From NCBI GenBank assembly GCA_964409615.1, contig CAYPDT010000001.1, positions 435,880 through 499,879 of the forward strand: DNA of 64,000 nucleotides. Reading direction: 5' to 3'. A program made the translations under genes and the position numbers. The notes under the pieces were generated by a model. That model saw nothing but the letters and a program-made list of their open reading frames with translations, was not told the origin of the DNA and made no database searches. This document shows positions 60,734-64,000 of this stretch, one piece after another (position 1 is the first letter of the stretch; every line of letters begins with the position of its first letter). This DNA comes from an uncultured Candidatus Saccharibacteria bacterium (GTDB taxonomy: Bacteria; Patescibacteriota; Saccharimonadia; Saccharimonadales; AWTP1-31).

Positions 60734-60906
60734 GTAAATTTTTGTTTTTCTTGGGAGCAATTAATACACGTTTTGTGCGCTCACAAAGAATACGTAGGAT
60801 TTTACATAAGCATGATGGCTTTGTCAACACATAGTCTGCGTAATTAGTTTGCACTCTCTACGGCTATGGTATACTGAGCATAAGCAATAAACATAAAAGG
60901 GTACGT

Positions 60907-61146
60907 ATGGCAACAAAAGCAAAAACAACCAAGAAAAAAACAACTGTTAAGCGCGTAGCAGTGAGTCCAGAAACTGGTCGCCTAACAGCTGCAGCTGCCA
61001 CCTTATTTGGTGGTGTAGTGGTGGTACTTATCGGTACGCTACAAGATAACGATGACATTAAACTTCTCCTCATTGGTTTTGGAGCAGCATTCTTAGTACT
61101 TGGTGGAGTACTTGTCGGCATGTCCACTAAACCTTGGAAGAAATAA
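60907..61146 (+). CDS. Small membrane protein (79 aa)
   Basis: TTTGCA-16-TATACT promoter (~60848-60875), a leader containing AAAAGGG, a Lys-rich N-terminus and two TM helices. Confidence 0.6.
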   Translation: MATKAKTTKKKTTVKRVAVSPETGRLTAAAATLFGGVVVVLIGTLQDNDDIKLLLIGFGAAFLVLGGVLVGMSTKPWKK

Positions 61147-61162
61147 CTTCCGGCAATAGCTC

Positions 61163-62863
61163 ATGCATAGCAGCGTCTTTAACGAAATTAGTGCCATCAT
61201 CGCACTCGGTGCTGGCATTGCACTTATTATGCGCTTTTTGCGCCAACCACTGATTATTGGTCATATCCTTACAGGTATCATCGCTGGCCCAACAGTCTTA
61301 AAGCTCATTCATGCCGACGCCTCGTTTAGCGGCTTATCCGACATGGGTGTAGCGCTACTGCTTTTCATTATTGGCCTCGATTTAAGCCTTAAGGCATTTT
61401 CGAGAGTCGGTAAAACAGTATTTCTAACGACTGCTGCCCAGATCAGTACCATAACAGCAGTAGGCTACGCTTGTTCACGACTTTTGAACTTTAATAAGAC
61501 TGAGTCTTTTGTATTAGGGCTCGGTTTAGCCATGAGCAGCACTATTATTATCGTAAAGCTGCTAAATGATAAAAAAGAAACAACTCGTCTGTATGCTCAA
61601 ATTACCATCGGCGTACTGCTGCTTCAGGATGTAGTAGCTACCATTGCAAAGATTGGGCTGGCTGCAAAGTCACATCCTGGTGACACAGTACAAACTCTGC
61701 TCACCCTTGGCCTCAGAGGCATTGCCCTAGTTGTACTGCTGTATAGCCTTGTTCGGTACATTGTGCCCCACTTAACTGATACACTCGAGCGCAACAAAGA
61801 ACTACTGCTACTGTTTTCACTTGGCTGGGGGTTGGGTTTTGCCCTCTTGTTTGCCAAAGCAGGTTTTTCTATCGAAATTGGCGCTCTGTTTGCGGGTGTC
61901 AGCTTAGCAGGCCTACCATATAGTAGTGAGATGGCTTCACGGCTAAAGCCGCTACGTGACTTCTTCTTAGTTATTTTCTTTATCACGCTTGGGCAGACAA
62001 TGGCACCCGGAAAGCTAACACAAGTTATTCTGCCTGCCCTCGGACTAAGCTTAATTGTTCTTATCCTAAAGCCACTGATAGTGTTAATCAGCATGGGCAG
62101 TATGGGCTACACTAAGCGCGCCAGTTTTAAGGCTGCAGTAGCCATGAGTCAGGTCAGTGAATTCTCGCTCGTATTCCTTGCCGCTGCTGTGGCTAGTGGT
62201 TTTGTGGCCGAACGAGCCTCTACCACACTTACCCTGACGGCGTTAATAACCTTTGCCACTTCGACCTACCTCATTAAGTACGACAATGTAATCTTTACTA
62301 AGCTCGAACGACATCTCCGCTTATTCGAGCGACACGTTACTAAACTCGAACAACACGGCGGTACCATGACATACCCTATTGTTCTCTTCGGCTACCGCAA
62401 AGGTGGTCATGAATTCTTAAAAACGTTTAAGAAAATGGAGAAGAAGTTTGTGGTGGTCGACTACGACCCCGAGAATATAGAGACCCTCGAACGCCAACAG
62501 GTACCTTATCTGTACGGCGACGCCACCGACCCCGAACTACTCGATGAGCTTAACCTTACCAAGGCACGGCTCGTTATTTCTACTATTGGCGACCGCGAAA
62601 CCAACCATTTTTTGGCGCACTGGCTAGCTACCCATAATCCACGAGCTGTCTTTGTTTGCTCAGCTGACCGTGCAGAACATGCTTCTGACTTATATTCCGA
62701 GGGAGCCTCGTACGTAATGATGCCGCACTATATTGGAAGTGAAAAAATCAGTACCTTTATCCGCCGCAATGGCTTTAATAAGAGCGAGTTCAAAGCCTTC
62801 CGCGAAAAACACTTATCGTACTTACAGTCACATTTCGAAGAACAAATCGAAGAAGCAAGTTAA
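61163..62863 (+). CDS. Cation:proton antiporter (CPA2/Kef-type) with C-terminal RCK/TrkA-N domain (566 aa)
   Basis: About 12 TM helices (GHILTGIIAGP start typical of the Na_H_Exchanger family). The C-terminal part, VLFGYRKGGHEF...VVVDYDPE...YGDATDPELL, is RCK-like. Confidence 0.82.
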   Translation: MHSSVFNEISAIIALGAGIALIMRFLRQPLIIGHILTGIIAGPTVLKLIHADASFSGLSDMGVALLLFIIGLDLSLKAFSRVGKTVFLTTAAQISTITAVGYACSRLLNFNKTESFVLGLGLAMSSTIIIVKLLNDKKETTRLYAQITIGVLLLQDVVATIAKIGLAAKSHPGDTVQTLLTLGLRGIALVVLLYSLVRYIVPHLTDTLERNKELLLLFSLGWGLGFALLFAKAGFSIEIGALFAGVSLAGLPYSSEMASRLKPLRDFFLVIFFITLGQTMAPGKLTQVILPALGLSLIVLILKPLIVLISMGSMGYTKRASFKAAVAMSQVSEFSLVFLAAAVASGFVAERASTTLTLTALITFATSTYLIKYDNVIFTKLERHLRLFERHVTKLEQHGGTMTYPIVLFGYRKGGHEFLKTFKKMEKKFVVVDYDPENIETLERQQVPYLYGDATDPELLDELNLTKARLVISTIGDRETNHFLAHWLATHNPRAVFVCSADRAEHASDLYSEGASYVMMPHYIGSEKISTFIRRNGFNKSEFKAFREKHLSYLQSHFEEQIEEAS

Positions 62864-62868
62864 GCAAT

Positions 62869-63016
62869 AGCCCACTCACAGAGCCCACTGCCACTAGACT
62901 CTCCGTCAGCGCAGCCGGGTTGGTATGACAAGGAAATGCGATAATGTTATTGCAGTTCAGTTGTCATGCCATCCGCGCGTGAGCGGTCTAGTGGCAGTGG
63001 GCTCTGTGAGTGGGCT
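62869..63016 (+). repeat. Long-hairpin element, copy 2 (candidate structured RNA / terminator, plus-strand sense)
   Basis: Perfect 31-bp outer arms (62869-62899 / 62986-63016), an 86-nt conserved core, and an inner helix GGTATGACAA/TTGTCATGCC. A T-run (63021-63026) begins 4 nt after the 3' arm. Confidence 0.8.
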
Positions 63017-63656
63017 AAGCTTTTTTGTTGGCTGATTCGATATCGTGGTACAGCCATTGTTTACGGGCATAAGTTTCGACACTCTTAAGTAGCCCTTGTG
63101 GGTGCTCGCCGGCAATCATACTGGAACGAATTTTTGTTGAGGAAATAAGTGGCTGTGTATTGGTTGTGTGCCACAGTGCTAATGGCTGAACCGGCAGATG
63201 CTGAGCCTGTTGAACTATAACCTCTGAAGAGACGCCTTCCCGCTCTGCCACAATAATCTCAACTTGTTGCAGCATATACTCTACGTGGGGCCATTGCTCT
63301 GGAAAGTGGGTAAGGTGGTCGAATAAATCAGCTCCCAGCAAAACTGCAAGAGTATCCTTGGGGAAGCGTTTTTGTAAGTGCCCCATGGTGGTCTTTGGCA
63401 GAAAGTATTTACCAGGCAAATCAAGCACCCCTAACCGTGGATGAGCTCGCACAGCAAGCTCCAACATAGCTATACGGTGAGCAATATGGCTAACCTGCGG
63501 CTTGCGGCGGGGCTTGACCTCTGGTGCGAAATAAACCATGTCTAGATGGGCAACCTTTAGGGCGTGTAAGGCAAAAGTTACATGCCCTTTGTGTACCGGA
63601 TCAAAACTGCCCGAGAATATACCAATTCGCCGCGGGGTTTTTGAGGTTTTAGACAT
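63015..63656 (-). CDS. nadD: Nicotinate/nicotinamide-nucleotide adenylyltransferase (213 aa)
   Basis: IGIFSGSFDPVHKGHV (GxFxPxHxGH) and ISSTKIR (the ISST.IR motif). Confidence 0.85.
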   Translation of the reverse strand: MSKTSKTPRRIGIFSGSFDPVHKGHVTFALHALKVAHLDMVYFAPEVKPRRKPQVSHIAHRIAMLELAVRAHPRLGVLDLPGKYFLPKTTMGHLQKRFPKDTLAVLLGADLFDHLTHFPEQWPHVEYMLQQVEIIVAEREGVSSEVIVQQAQHLPVQPLALWHTTNTQPLISSTKIRSSMIAGEHPQGLLKSVETYARKQWLYHDIESANKKA

Positions 63657-63828
63657 CCAACGGCATACCTTCGCAGCACTTTGTAGGCATATGGCACGCT
63701 AGGCACATAAAGTGACCATGAACTGGTTGAATTGGGTAGTGCCCACAATTGTCGCAAAAGAATTCTGGAGATTTATCTTTGATAAGTTCTTGGTAAATTT
63801 GGTCGTCGGTGTTTGTATCGGTATTCAT
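63649..63828 (-). CDS. Unlisted Cys-rich small protein (59 aa), 8-nt overlap with the nadD start
   Basis: Below the ORF-track cutoff. Reads MNTDTNTDDQIYQELIKDKSPEFFCDNCGHYPIQPVHGHFMCLACHMPTKCCEGMPLDV, with CxxC...CxxC...CC suggesting a zinc ribbon. Its stop overlaps the nadD ATG (GATGTCTAA). Confidence 0.45.
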   Translation of the reverse strand: MNTDTNTDDQIYQELIKDKSPEFFCDNCGHYPIQPVHGHFMCLACHMPTKCCEGMPLDV

Positions 63829-63868
63829 TGTTACGCCTTTAGATTATAAGTTTTGGAATCTTTACTCA

Positions 63869-64000
63869 TTAATAGGTGCCTTTGGTTGCTTGCTTGTTCT
63901 CTTTTGCACCACAAGAAGTACAAAGTTTTTTAACTTGCGTTTTATTATACGCATAGACAATGCTCTTGTTACCACATTTGCATGCTCGTTGTGTGTCTTT
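63869..64000 (-). CDS. C-terminal fragment of a protein ending in a zinc-ribbon (CKCG...CTSCG); N-terminus beyond the window
   Basis: An open frame at the edge reads ...KDTQRACKCGNKSIVYAYNKTQVKKLCTSCGAKENKQATKGTY, with the stop at 63869-63871. Identity is not determinable from 43 residues. Confidence 0.4.
   Translation of the reverse strand, partial: KDTQRACKCGNKSIVYAYNKTQVKKLCTSCGAKENKQATKGTY

Noticed and set aside
1-64000. An alternative genetic code (UGA recoding, as in some CPR lineages)
   Set aside because: TGA terminates well-supported genes at sensible lengths (for example murC at 37743-37745 and the NUDIX gene at 39260-39262). Long ORFs are intact under the standard code.

Overview
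This is a densely coded bacterial window of about 57 protein genes, most on the minus strand. It uses the standard genetic code (TAA, TAG and TGA all act as stops). I saw no rRNA, tRNA, CRISPR array, transposase or phage gene block by eye.

The gene content suggests a reduced-genome Patescibacteria/CPR organism, probably Saccharibacteria-like; this is inference only, with no search run. It is a minimal housekeeping set (F1Fo ATP synthase, MurC, a class-B PBP transpeptidase, IspH plus Idi, archaeal-type AspRS, NadD, TsaC, Dus, MutY-like) alongside many TM-anchored Ser/Thr/Pro-rich orphan proteins.

Features worth a second look:
1. An 18-kb minus-strand surface island (1229-19184). It encodes a 1,695-aa beta-propeller histidine kinase, a 2,790-aa membrane-anchored phage-tail-fibre-like protein with a C-terminal Peptidase_S74 intramolecular-chaperone domain, a LytR_C protein, and a DUF11-type protein with a mid-protein LPXTG-like sorting signal. 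A 698-bp identical copy of the fibre gene 5' module is fused out of frame to the DUF11 gene.
2. An ATP-synthase operon with no a or c gene. It opens instead with a secreted-domain protein whose C-terminal hairpin looks like subunit c but lacks the carboxylate.
3. A roughly 140-nt long-hairpin element present twice (32.0 kb and 62.9 kb), with a conserved core, compensatory stem changes and unrelated but self-complementary outer arms.
4. A roughly 60-nt element made of two inverted perfect 19-bp palindromes, present twice in promoter regions (40.4 kb and 56.2 kb).
5. A recurrent extended -10 (TGnTAnAnT) placed 6-9 nt before the ATG with no Shine-Dalgarno, implying widespread leaderless mRNAs. 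This includes two back-to-back divergent pairs.

All functional calls come from motif recognition in the translated ORFs. No database search was possible.
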